Below, piece after piece: positions 16,319 through 27,300 of a stretch of 64,000 nucleotides of DNA. The stretch spans positions 1 through 64,000 of IMG/VR virus record IMGVR_UViG_3300005937_000199; one strand, written 5' to 3'. Under the pieces are notes generated by a model that ran no database searches, was not told the origin of the DNA, and worked only from the letters and a program-made list of their open reading frames with translations. Position 1 is the first letter of the stretch. Each line of letters begins with the position of its first letter. A program made the position numbers and the translations under genes. Origin of the DNA: a virus (taxonomy: Duplodnaviria; Caudoviricetes).

Positions 16319-17032
16319 ATGTCAGATAGCAAGGGCTTCGAGGTGCTGGTGGACGAACTCACGATCCACAAGGCCGTGCGCCAACTCCAGCACCCGATCA
16401 CCGGGGAGCCGATGGGCTTCCAGCAGGGCAACGGCGAGACGTGGTTCCTGGGCGAAGTCGTCCCGGCCGAAGCGATCAACCCGGAGTGGGTCGAGGCGCT
16501 GGAGTCCGGCGAGGGTGCGCTGTACGACTCCCTCAAGGACAAGCTCGCGCCGTCGTCCGAGGAACCGGCTGTCTCCGACGCCGTGCGAATGGGGATGCCA
16601 TTCGAGGGCTACGAGGAGATGGACGAGGACGACATCCTGGCTGCCATGAACGTGCTGCCTTCGGCGGCGGTCATGCGGATCAGGGAGTGGGAGTCCCGGC
16701 ACCAGAACCGCGACGAGATCGTCAACTACAACGCGGGCTACCGCGTCTCTCCCAATGCCTACCAGGAGGGCAAGGTCCCTGGTGGCAGCGACGAGGCCGA
16801 GGGCGACGAGTCCAAGGCCGTGCGTGCGATCCGTACGCGCCAGGTCGTGGAAGGCGAGGCGACCGTTCCCGGCGAGGGCTTCACCGGCACGGGCGACCCC
16901 GCCGTCGCACCGGGCACGGCAGCCGCCGCCGAGGAGGACGACAAGCCGAAGTCAACGCGCCGCGCCGGTCGCAGGCCGCGCCCCGCGCCGAAGCAGCAGC
17001 CCGCCTCCTCCGAGGGCGGCGGCGGCTCGTAG
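16319..17032 (+). CDS. Hypothetical virion-module protein
   Basis: Follows MCP; acidic with low-complexity C-terminus. Confidence 0.7.
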   Translation: MSDSKGFEVLVDELTIHKAVRQLQHPITGEPMGFQQGNGETWFLGEVVPAEAINPEWVEALESGEGALYDSLKDKLAPSSEEPAVSDAVRMGMPFEGYEEMDEDDILAAMNVLPSAAVMRIREWESRHQNRDEIVNYNAGYRVSPNAYQEGKVPGGSDEAEGDESKAVRAIRTRQVVEGEATVPGEGFTGTGDPAVAPGTAAAAEEDDKPKSTRRAGRRPRPAPKQQPASSEGGGGS

Positions 17033-17060
17033 GGCGTTCTGCCAAGGGAGTTGACAAGCC

Positions 17061-17618
17061 ATGCCTGACGAACCCGAGTACACACCAGCGGACGAGATCG
17101 AAGCCGGAGCGCGGGACGAGCTTCCCGAGACGTTTGACGCTCTGGTTGACTCGCCGCACTTCGGGCCGGAGGGCCTGGCGCGTCGCAAGTCCCTTGTCAT
17201 GGCGCGCATTTGGGGCCGTGAACTGGACGAGACGGAGATCGAGGGCCTTGACGTGCGGGTGCAAGCCTATGCGTCGAAGCATCTCGCTCGCCAACTGATC
17301 GGACCAGGGATCGACTACTGGGCGGCGCAGGTGCTCTCCCAGTCCGCTGGCACGACCGAGCAGGTCAGCTATGACGCTCAGCGGATTCAAGCGCTCAAGG
17401 ACGCTGACAAGCGCCTTGCTGCGGAGATCGCGGAGTTGCTTGGCGACGTGGAGGCCATCCTCCCGCCAGTCAAGTTGACACCGGGGGCTGCACCAATCGT
17501 CGGCCAGGCAGGCAAGCTGGGTACCGTGGGCGCTCTGGACGGGATGTATACGCCAGACCCATTCGACCTGCCGCCTGTCTACGCCCCGACCGAGACGGAG
17601 ACGACGGGGACGGCGTAA
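17061..17618 (+). CDS. Probable head-tail adaptor
   Basis: Size, helical content and synteny. Confidence 0.5.
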   Translation: MPDEPEYTPADEIEAGARDELPETFDALVDSPHFGPEGLARRKSLVMARIWGRELDETEIEGLDVRVQAYASKHLARQLIGPGIDYWAAQVLSQSAGTTEQVSYDAQRIQALKDADKRLAAEIAELLGDVEAILPPVKLTPGAAPIVGQAGKLGTVGALDGMYTPDPFDLPPVYAPTETETTGTA

Positions 17619-18217
17619 TGCCAATCGTCTCTACAAACATCGACGCGGAGGCGATGCTCGATGACATCGAGATGGTCCTCCAAGACGGTCTGAACGAGGC
17701 TCTAGTAGTCGTGTATGCAAACCTCGAAGCTCGGGATCAAGCGCGTGCAGAACGCCGAGGGATCGAGTACGTGCCCCTGACGTACGCCGATGTTCCGAAC
17801 GACCACTATCACGTGGGCAACTTCCCCCGCCAAGTGCTGAAGGACGTACCAGCCGAGTTGTACCCCTACATCGTGCTTGCCGTCGAGGACATGGTGCCGG
17901 ACGCCGAGAGTGCCAACCAGGACCACATGAGTGTGTTCAGGCAGCAACTCGCCGTCCACAGCCTGGCCAACGCGAGCGAGGAGGAGGGGTCGGAGGTCGT
18001 CTACCGGCGCGCTCTACGGATGGGAGTGGCGGTGCACACCGTCCTGATGAGCAATTCGGTGACAAGCCGAATGCTGTCAGGCGTGGTGAACCCTGCCCGG
18101 AACCAGGCATCGATCCCGTGGACCTATCGCGAAGGTGGGCGCAATGAGAACCGCGCTTGGTATCAGGCGGTTGGCCTCAGCTACGCGATCAAGCTCTACA
18201 CGAGTCGCTTCGGCTAG
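17618..18217 (+). CDS. Probable tail terminator/head-completion protein
   Basis: YPYIVL...beta-rich pattern, position before major tail protein. Confidence 0.5.
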   Translation: MPIVSTNIDAEAMLDDIEMVLQDGLNEALVVVYANLEARDQARAERRGIEYVPLTYADVPNDHYHVGNFPRQVLKDVPAELYPYIVLAVEDMVPDAESANQDHMSVFRQQLAVHSLANASEEEGSEVVYRRALRMGVAVHTVLMSNSVTSRMLSGVVNPARNQASIPWTYREGGRNENRAWYQAVGLSYAIKLYTSRFG

Positions 18218-18231
18218 GAGGTGACAAGCAG

Positions 18232-18489
18232 ATGAGCGAATACGTCCTCAGAGGGTGCGTCCAGCGCGGTCAACGTGTTGGCAGCGTGCTGCTCGGAGAA
18301 GGACGCAAGCTAGTCCTCAACGGCGACCCAGTGGAGTTGTCCGACGAGGAGTACACCAACCTGTCTGCGAGATACCGGCTGGAGCAACAAGCGGCCACCA
18401 ACTCCGGGCAACCTGACAAGTCGGATGACACTCCGGCTGAAGAACCCATCGAAGACTCGATCACCCCTGAGAAGGGAGGTGACAAGTAA
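18232..18489 (+). CDS. Small hypothetical virion-module protein
   Basis: GGAGGTGA RBS, ATG 18232. Confidence 0.65.
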   Translation: MSEYVLRGCVQRGQRVGSVLLGEGRKLVLNGDPVELSDEEYTNLSARYRLEQQAATNSGQPDKSDDTPAEEPIEDSITPEKGGDK

Positions 18490-19146
18490 GTGAGCAACTT
18501 CTTCCAGAGCCGTCACGGTCTGGACTACGAGCAGGGCTTCATGCAGGGCGCGGGGCGCATCCTGATCGCGCCTGGCGGCGCGTCAGCGACGTTCCCTGAC
18601 GCCATCTCGGACATCGTGGACCTGGCAGCGGGAGCGACGATCTACGACGCGGTGGACCCGTGGGAAGAGGTCGGTTTCACCAAGACCGGCATCAACATCA
18701 CGCGCAACAACGCCGAGGAGACGTTCACCGTCGATCAGTTGCGGTCGGCCATCAAGACCAGGCCGTCCAACTGGGAGATGTCGGTTGGCACCCAGCTTGC
18801 CGAAACGTCCCTGGAGACGTTCGCGCTGGCCTGGGAGCTTCCCGATCCCGTGGAGGTCACGGCGGCGGGCGCGGGCACCAAGGGACTCAAGAAGGTTGGC
18901 ATGGGTGCGCCAACCTCGTACAGCGAGAAGATGCTGTGCGTGCTGTTCCTCTACCCCGACGACATCGTTCGTGCGTTCGTCTGGCGGCGCTGCCTGCACG
19001 CGGCGCAGGAGTCCGGCTTCACGCTCCAGAACACCGGCGAGCAGGTCAGCCTGCCGTGGCGTCTCAACTGCATGGCAGACGACGAGGCCCCGGACGGCGA
19101 GCAGTTCGGCGTGATCTACGAGGAGACACCGGCCACCGGCCCGTAG
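18490..19146 (+). CDS. Major tail (tube) protein
   Basis: WEEVGFTKTGINITRN...DQL...TQLAETSLETFALAW, siphovirus MTP pattern. Confidence 0.85.
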   Translation: MSNFFQSRHGLDYEQGFMQGAGRILIAPGGASATFPDAISDIVDLAAGATIYDAVDPWEEVGFTKTGINITRNNAEETFTVDQLRSAIKTRPSNWEMSVGTQLAETSLETFALAWELPDPVEVTAAGAGTKGLKKVGMGAPTSYSEKMLCVLFLYPDDIVRAFVWRRCLHAAQESGFTLQNTGEQVSLPWRLNCMADDEAPDGEQFGVIYEETPATGP

Positions 19147-19155
19147 GCCAACCGG

Positions 19156-19292
19156 CATGACAGCGTAAGCCACAGGGCAACGCTGAACCACTCAAAGCAA
19201 AGGCAATCAGGTGGGCAACAACATGACAACCACACGGAGCGAGGGCGTCGGGCATGGTGCTCTCGCTCACGTGTGTCAGGGGAGCTGTCATG
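19156..19292 (+). promoter_or_regulatory. Structured intergenic RNA between MTP and the next gene
   Basis: 16-bp stem 19231-19275 (CACACG-GAGCGAGGGC / GCTCTCGCTC-A-CGTGTG); CATGACAGC (19156-19164) complementary to GCTGTCATG covering the next start codon. Confidence 0.45.
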
Positions 19293-19778
19293 ACTGACTT
19301 CATCGAGTTCGAGGTCGATGAGGACGAAGTGATGCGCGGCTTCGACCTTCAGGAGAAGCTGGTACGAGCGTGGCTGAAGGACTTCATGGGCGACATGGCT
19401 GATCTCGGTACCGAGGTCTTGGAGCACTACGCCCCGGAGTGGACCGGCTACACGCACCGCCATATCGATCACACATCCTTGCGCTGGCATCCGGGAGGAG
19501 CCGGTGGTGGCGGTACCTACGAGATTGTTGTTGGTGTGAAGGCCGGGACCAGCTATCACCCGGTCTACCCGAACGTCGGCACCGGCTACTGGGGGCCAAC
19601 ACAGAACCTCATTCGCTCTCCCAAGGGCAACCTGATGTACTTCTACGCCTCACGCCTGGGGCACGTGATCAGCAAGTACGAAGTCGTCGGCCAGAAGCCG
19701 CAGTTCTACCTGTATGACACGTGGCGTGACATGGCGCGCATTCTCGATCTGCGTTTGTCAACCGAGTTCCTACTGTAA
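19290..19778 (+). CDS. Probable neck/tail-completion protein (HK97 gp10-like)
   Basis: AP..TG...HI...YP.VGTG pattern. Confidence 0.55.
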   Translation: MTDFIEFEVDEDEVMRGFDLQEKLVRAWLKDFMGDMADLGTEVLEHYAPEWTGYTHRHIDHTSLRWHPGGAGGGGTYEIVVGVKAGTSYHPVYPNVGTGYWGPTQNLIRSPKGNLMYFYASRLGHVISKYEVVGQKPQFYLYDTWRDMARILDLRLSTEFLL

Positions 19779-19801
19779 ACCGGATCATCAAAGGAGATCC
19801 C

Positions 19802-20578
19802 ATGGCAGCAACAACGGAACCCAAGAAGCCAGCAGCGAAGCGCAAGCCGCTTGCCAAGGATGGCCCGGAGGCCACTCAGGCGGCGAAGGACGCCGAGGCG
19901 CTGAACACGCTCGACGGCATGGGCGACACCGCGACCTGGCTCGACAAGCCGGTTGACGATCTCAGCGAGATCAAGCGCTGGATCATCGGCAAGCCGCCCG
20001 AGGAGGGTGGCAAGGACACCGAGTACGCGGTCTACATCCAGCAGCCGCTTGGCTGGATGGCGCGCAATCGCTTCTTCTCGCTGATCACAGCCGCCTTGTC
20101 AAAGGCGATCCGCGCCAGCGGCGGCGAGGTGGCCGGGATGGGCGACATCTTCGGCAACAACGCTGGCACGATCCGCGAGCGCGGTGCCAGGCTGATGGAG
20201 CGCGACTGGCAGGACGCCTCCACCTTCATGACACTGGCAGCCGAACTGTCAAGCTACGTGCCAGACCTGATGCTGGAGTTCTACTGCATCTGGCTCCAGG
20301 TGCCGCCCGGAGAGCGCCCCTGGGCCAAGCTGGTGTTCGAGCAGCCGCACGATCCCGAGCGCAACCTGTGGGGGCCGACTGACAGCCAGCATCGCACGAT
20401 CATCGGCACCTTCATCGACCAGAACTACGAGGGCCTGAGAGAGTTTTTTACGACCGACCTGCCAGCAATCGCAAGGCGGGTCGTGGTCAACGAGAGGAAT
20501 CGACAGGACCGCGAGTCCACATCGGACCAGTCGAAGCCGTCGAACTCGTCTGGTCCAGTGGTGGAGGTGACAAGCTAG
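19802..20578 (+). CDS. Tail assembly chaperone (G)
   Basis: Upstream of tape measure; contains slippery GTTTTTT. Confidence 0.75.
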   Translation: MAATTEPKKPAAKRKPLAKDGPEATQAAKDAEALNTLDGMGDTATWLDKPVDDLSEIKRWIIGKPPEEGGKDTEYAVYIQQPLGWMARNRFFSLITAALSKAIRASGGEVAGMGDIFGNNAGTIRERGARLMERDWQDASTFMTLAAELSSYVPDLMLEFYCIWLQVPPGERPWAKLVFEQPHDPERNLWGPTDSQHRTIIGTFIDQNYEGLREFFTTDLPAIARRVVVNERNRQDRESTSDQSKPSNSSGPVVEVTS

Positions 20579-21009
20579 AGGACATCCTCTGCTGGCGCGC
20601 GGAGCTATTTGATGCGATCTACGAAGCCATTGTCAAGCGGCGTGCCAGGGAGGCCGTCGAAGCGCAACGTGACCAGATGGTTGCTGCGCTGTACTCGAAC
20701 CCGAACTGGGACGAGAGTGGTAATGACAGGCCGGGTCGCATCAAGGAACTCAATCGTCACTTCAACAAGACGATTGAACTCATCTACGACCCTGATCTGG
20801 ATGAGGGCGATGAGCCGGACTGGGACAACCCGTTCTGGCAAGCACATCTCCGTGGTATGGCTCGCACGCGCGTGCGACTCGGACTGGACAACCCTGACGC
20901 CACCGTCAAGGAGGTCATTGACGCCGACGAGGAGCAATCGCGTAGACTACGGTTGCTGGAGAACCGCGCCAAGCGGCGTGAGGGACTAGATCAGGTCAAC
21001 GGTCGTTAG
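20443..21009 (+). CDS. Tail assembly chaperone -1 frameshift extension (GT)
   Basis: G TTT TTT at 20443-20449; I translated the -1 frame and it stays open to TAG 21009 (...LEDILCWRAELFDAIYEA...MVAALYSNPNWD...). Confidence 0.75.
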   Translation, partial: VFYDRPASNRKAGRGQREESTGPRVHIGPVEAVELVWSSGGGDKLEDILCWRAELFDAIYEAIVKRRAREAVEAQRDQMVAALYSNPNWDESGNDRPGRIKELNRHFNKTIELIYDPDLDEGDEPDWDNPFWQAHLRGMARTRVRLGLDNPDATVKEVIDADEEQSRRLRLLENRAKRREGLDQVNGR

Positions 21010-21036
21010 CAAGCAACATGGCAGAGAGGAGGTGAG

Positions 21037-21273
21037 ATGGTAACCGCACGAATGAAGGTGACACGGATCACCCCGATGGGCGATCCCGACAAGCCCTACC
21101 AGGTGGAAGTCGAGATGACTCCCGACTATGCCAACGGGGCGAACAAGGAGTGGTCGCTGGCCACGCCGTCCGGCATGTGTCGGCTGGTGATCGATCCGAC
21201 CAAGACGGCAGCGTTGGATCAGCTTCCGCTTGGCAAGTCACTTGAATTCCAGATCGTCCCGAGGGACGACTAG
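21037..21273 (+). CDS. Small hypothetical protein
   Basis: GAGGAGGTGA RBS. Confidence 0.7.
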   Translation: MVTARMKVTRITPMGDPDKPYQVEVEMTPDYANGANKEWSLATPSGMCRLVIDPTKTAALDQLPLGKSLEFQIVPRDD

Positions 21274-21328
21274 CGGCTAGGCTGAGGATAAGGGTGTCCG
21301 GACCCAGCCAGTTGCCACCTCAACTGTC

Positions 21329-24300
21329 ATGAACGAGATGGAATACATCCTCCGGATCGTCCTCCGCGCAAGGGACGAGCTTGCTGCTGGCTTGGCCAAG
21401 GCCCGCACGCAGATCCGTGGCTTCAAGAACGACATCGAGGGTATGGACAAGGCGACAGCCAACTTGAACAAGACCCTCCATGACTTTGACGGCAACATGG
21501 CCAACATCACCAAGAAGCTTGATGCTTGGCGCAGTACACTGAGGGGGATTGATAAGGACGGCAAGGATCTTGCCAAGACGTTCGACGGGGTGGGGAAGGC
21601 TGCCGAAGCGTCCGCTCGCAAGACCGTCCAGGTCGCGCGTACGCAAGAGCAGCTTCAGAAGCAAGCACGTGCGCTTCGTGATGAGGTCCGGGAACTCCAC
21701 AAGGCGCGGCAGCAGGAGGCAGTCGATGCCGACTTCGCTGCCACGAAGTACAAGTCGCTAGCCAAGCAGCTTCAGGAAGTCTCTCTGAGGATGTCAGATG
21801 CGGCTCGTACCAAGTCGCCTGCCCATTACTGGGCGCAGGAGGCGACCGAAGCCGCAGAGCAGATCAAGGACGTGAACAAGGAGATCGAGTCCGATCTCCG
21901 GGATCACGAAGCTCGCAAGCGCAAGGTCAAGCAGGATGCTCTTGCTCAGGAGAAGAGGACTGCACGCGAGGTCGTGAGCTTCTGGCAGGAGCTTCACAAG
22001 GAACTTGTCAAGGATGAGGAGGCACACGCCGCTGCTGTCTCCAAGATTCACCAGGACGAGGCCGACCAGGCAGTTCGCATCGAGCAGGCCCGTCATCAGC
22101 GCGAGGCCGAGATCCGCCGTACTGCTGATGCGGCTGATCGTCGCCTAGCGGAAGCCAAGCGCAAGCGTGAAGAGGAGAACGCCGCTCGTCAGGTCGAGCT
22201 TGCTCGAATGCAAGGTCGATTGGCAGCGATCACTGAGCGCGCCCGCGCAGGCAGGCGGACGGCTGATGACGCCACTGAGCTTCGCCAGCTTGCCAAGGAC
22301 TATGACCGCCTCGCTCAATCGGTCAAGCACAACCATGAGGAGTTCCGTCGCTGGGCAGGTCAGGCTCAGCGGATTCGTACCTACTTGACTGCTCTCGGCC
22401 ACGACGCCGACCGCAACACCTCTCGATTTGGTCGGTTCAGTGCAGCGCTAAGAGGGTCTGGCGACAACATCGCCACGCTGGATAACAGGCTGCGTGGTAT
22501 TATTCTCCTCGGCGTTGCCGCCTTCCTAGAGCAGTTGATCACTGCTGTGGCGGGACTCGGTGGAGAGTTGGTCGCCCTCGCTGGGTCAGCGGCGCAGGCG
22601 GGTGGAGCGCTGGGTGGCATCTTGGCTGCTGGTGCTGCCCAGGCGCTCCCCGTTATTGGCCTGCTGGCCGGGGCGGTGTCTCGTGTCAACTCGGTGATGG
22701 AAGCCTTCCAGCAGAATCAGAAGCTTCAGCAGGCGCAGGCTACCGATGCCGAGAAGGGCCAGCAAAAGGCGATTGATCAAGCCAATGCACTTGCCAGTGC
22801 ACACGATCAGGTCGCATCGGCCAACGAGCGGTTGACCGAGGCGCGCAAGGATCTGACGAAGGCGCAGAAGGATGGCCAGGAGCAGCTTGAGGATCTGACG
22901 CTCGCTGAGAAGGAAGCTGCACTGGCAGCTAGGGGTGCAGCGCTCAACGTCAAGGATGCGCAGGAGGCACTACGCCAGGCGGTGGCCGGTGGTGCCAGCG
23001 CGACCGAGGTCCAGCAGCGCCAGCTTGCTGTTGAGGAAGCCAAGCTTGCTGCTACTAAGGCTGGTCGCGATGCACGGCGAGCACGTGGTGAACGTGCTGC
23101 TGCCGGTGGCGATATTGGCAACCTAGAGGGTGTTCAGAACGCGGCCAAGGCGGTCAAGGACGCCGAGCGCGCTGCTGCTTCGGCCGGTCGAGGGCTAGAG
23201 CAGGCTGAGGACAAGGCGAACCGCGCTGCTGGCTCCACGATGACGGCGGCAGCCAACCTGAACTACCTGCTGTCGCAGATGTCCCCGGCCGAGCGCAAGC
23301 TCTACACCGCTCTCAACCGGATTTACAAGGACTACCAGAAGATCTTCATCGGGGACCGTAAGAAGTCCGGCATCTACGGCACGATCATCTCGTCGTTCGC
23401 TGATGCTGTAAACCGAGTTGATCAGATCATGAAGATGCCGCGTGTCCGGCGCACGCTGCAATCGCTGTCGAACGAGATCGGTAGGCAGATCAGGAAGGTC
23501 ACGTCGGCGCTCACCAGCGAGGGTGAGCTTGACCAGTTGATGCAGATCACCAAGGACGCCCGCGAGAACCTTGGTCCGATCACCGACATGGCGATCAAGT
23601 TGGCAGATGCCTTTACCAACATCGCTGTCACTGCCAACCCAGCCTTCCAGGCACTCCTCGAATACCTTGGCCCCATCGTTGACAAGTTCCTTGCTCTTAC
23701 CGAAGACTCGGACAAGATGGAGGACTTCTTCTCGACCGGCGAGGAGCATCTTGAGGCGTGGCTTGATCTGCTCGGTGCCATCGGTGGCCTGTTCGCTGCG
23801 CTATTCGGTGCGTCGGCCGACACCGGCAAGAAGTCGGTTGAGGACCTGACGAAGACGATCAAGGACTGGACTGACTGGATCGAGAGCCATCGTGATCGGG
23901 TCCAGAAGTTCTTCGAGGACGCCTACAAGGTTGTCAAGCTCATCGGCGGTGTCCTAGAGGAGCTTGCCGTCCAGCTTGCTGAGACGTTCAACCCTGAGCA
24001 CCTGGAGAAGTTCGCCAAGTTCTTCGAGGACACGCTACTCCCAGCAGTCTTTGGCTTCATCCGGACGGTGGGCGATCTGACGGACATCGTTCTGACGTTC
24101 GTCAACACCGGTATCGGCTCATTTATCACCAAGGCTGGCATCTTCCTGGTGCTGTTCGGTGTGATGTCGTCTTCGATCCTCGGCGTCGTTGGCAACATCA
24201 AGAAGATGATCGGCATCTTCGGCAGCGCTGTCACCGCGCTTGGCAAGTTGGGTGGTGCTGCTGATGAGGTGGGCGATGCGCTAGGTGGCTTGGGCGACGA

Positions 24301-27300
24301 GGATGAGGATGACGACGGGCGTAAGCGTAAGCGCAAGCGTAAGGTTCGTCCTCGTGCAGCCCCACGGGCACCGACACCACCGCCGCCTACTCCTGCTCCT
24401 GGCGGTGGTGCGCCTAAGGCTGGTGGACTCGGTGGTCTGCTCCGTGGCTTCGGTGGCGGCGCTGCTGCTGGTGCCGGTGGTGCAGCGGGTGCTGCGGCTG
24501 CCCCGGCTGCGGCTGGTGCTGCCGTCCCGCTTGGTATTGCAGCAGCGGTTCTGTTGGCGGTGGCTGCGGTTGGCCTGCTGCTGGATCACTTTGGCAAGCT
24601 GGATGATGTCTGGAAGGGGATCAAGGACACCGCCAACGAGTTCATGGAGGACATCGAGCCTGCGGTCAAGACGTTGCAGGATGCGCTTGATGACCTGGGC
24701 ATTCACTTCGGCAGCCTTGAGGATGTCATCGATGGAGTCTGGAAGGTCTTGGAGGGCCTGGCTGAGTTCATCTCCGTCTACCTGATCGAGACTATCAAGG
24801 GACTTGGCAAGGTCATTGGCGGTGTGGTGACCGGGCTGATCTACATCATCTCTGGTGTCATCAACCTGATCCACGGCGTTGTCGATGTGCTGATCGGCTT
24901 CGGCCGCATCATCGTCGGCATCTTCACACTCGATTGGGACCAGATCAAGAAGGGCCTGAATCAGATCCTTGATGGCTTGGAGGAGATGGTCAAGGGTGCG
25001 ATTCAGATCCTCGGTGGCATCATCATTGGCATCATCAAGATCTTCGAGGGTCTGTGGAAACTCTTCCTCACTCCGTTCAAGGCTGCTTGGGCGGCTGTCA
25101 AGAAGTGGTTCGGCATCGACTCGCCGTCGAAGAAGGCAATCGAGCTTGCAGAAGCGATCATCGATGGCATCAAGGAGGGCCTGAAGGCACTCGGTCGTGC
25201 GCTCACCTGGCCGTTCCGCAAGGCGTGGGGTCTGATCAAGGACATCTTTGGCGCTGAGAAGGTCGAGAAGTTCGGCAAGGACGTGATCGGCTTCCTGGCT
25301 GACGGCTTCCGTAAGGGCGTCGATGTTGTCAAGAAGGGTGCCACTTGGGTTTGGGGTCGCGTCAAGGAGGCGTTTGGCAAGGCGCTGGAGTTTGGCAAGA
25401 ACATTGCTGGTGCGATTGTCGATGGCCTGAAGACGCTGCCTGATCTGCTCAAGGATGCAGTCGAAGCGGTCGGCAGCAAGTTCATCGATGTCGGCAAGAA
25501 GATCGGTGGCAAGATTGTCGAGGGTGTCAAGTCGGTTGTGAGTTTCATCAACCCGTTTGATGATGACGACGACAAGAAGAAGAAGCCTGCGCCGAAGCAG
25601 CAGCCGACACAGCGCCAGAACGCCACCCGCGCCAATGTCGATCAGGCTGTCATCCCGTTCGGGGCGAAGGATCTGGAGACGGCTCAGACGATGTGGTCTG
25701 AGTTCTGGAAGCAGATGCGCGCCTCGGCCAAGAGCGGCACCGACGCGATCCAGCGTGAGTTCCGCCAGATGCGGATCTCCACAACGCAGTCGGCCGACCG
25801 GATGTACCGTGACATCCGTGCCAGCATCGCTGATATCCAGAACAGCTTCCGTACCCGCAGCACGTCGATCCTCAACAACTGGACTGACAAGTGGTACAAC
25901 ATCGACAAGGTTGCGCATGACGGCCTGAGCTACATCGCCCGCGAGACGAACAAGGCGCTCAAGGGGCTTGATGAGAAGCAGGTCAGCTTCGGTCTGGCTG
26001 CGCCGAAGAAGGCTGATGATGGCAAGGCGGCTGGCGGATTCATCGGCAGGATGGGTCAGCGTGGTCGTGACCGTGGCTTCTACGCGCTCGGTGCTGGCGA
26101 AGCGGTGCTGAACTGGATGCACCAGCGTGTCGTGGAGCCTGCCATGAATGCCTTCTACGGCTTCGGGCTGAACGAGATGTTCGGTCGCACTCGCGGCCAT
26201 CACGCTGGCGGTCCTGGTCAGGGTGGCTTCGCTGCCGGTGGCATCGTGCCGATCCCCGGCTTCCCTGGCGAGTCGATCCATAGCAGCATCCTTGGTGATG
26301 TCCTCAAGCTCGTCAAGCAGTACAAGCTGACGATCTACGACGGCCTCGGTGGCTCGCCGCCGCACGCTGCCAACTCGGATCACAAGTGGGGTGGCGCGAT
26401 TGACGCCGGTCCAGGTCCGGGTGGCTCGTGGGATCTGGTGGACAAGTTGGCAGCGTGGGCCGAGCCGACGCAAGGCAACCCGCGCTCGCCGTTCCGCTGG
26501 GTCGGCTACAACGGCGATCCGAACCATGGTCGCGGCAATCACATCCACTTGTCATGGATCAAGGGCAAGACGCTGGGTGCGGTTGGCGACATCGTTACGA
26601 CGATCATGCGCCGGATTGTCACTGGTGACGATGGTTCGCTCAAGACCATCATCCAGTCTGCGCTCGACAAGACCCGCAAGGTTGCTAACAAGTTCCTTGA
26701 TTCAAAGGCGACGATCCCGGTCACCGAAGGCTACGAGGGCAAGAAGGTCAAGGGTGTCCTCACCGAAGCTCAGGTTCAGAGCACGATCCGCAAGGCTCTC
26801 AACATCCTTGACATCACGACCAGCGTTGCTCTGTGGGTAAAGGCGCTCACTCGGCAGGCGCATCGTGAGTCCGGCTTTGATCCGAACGCTGTCAACAACT
26901 GGGATATCAACGCGCAGCGCGGCGATCCATCTAAGGGTCTGATCCAGACCATCGGGGCGACGTTCTCGCGCTTCAAGTTCCCAGGCCACGACAACATCTT
27001 CAACCCGCTTGACAATGTTCTGGCGGCGATTCGCTACATCATCGCTACCTACGGCGGCGGTGACGCGGATCGTGGCGCTCAGGTGATTTGGGGTCGTGGT
27101 GGCGGTGCCTATCGTGAGGGCGGTGTTGTGCCTGGTGGCGATGGCCAGCCACGGCACATCATGGCTCACGCTGGCGAGTGGGTGCTGAACAAGATCCAGC
27201 AATCTCGCGTTGCCAACATGCTTGGCTTGTCGCGTGGCGGGCTTGGTTCGATGCTCGGCTTCTATGGCGGGCCATTCGGCTTCGCTGGCGGCGGTGAGGT

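Noticed and set aside
19168-19220. c-di-GMP-I riboswitch (CACAGGGCAA...GCAAAG resemblance)
   Set aside because: The GNRA tetraloop P2 stem and the receptor arrangement cannot be formed; only short word matches
24281-26548. Long antisense ORFs (also 31321-32775, 33097-34629, 35730-37184, 56545-57996)
   Set aside because: Shadow frames of high-GC3 sense genes, with no RBS or recognisable motifs
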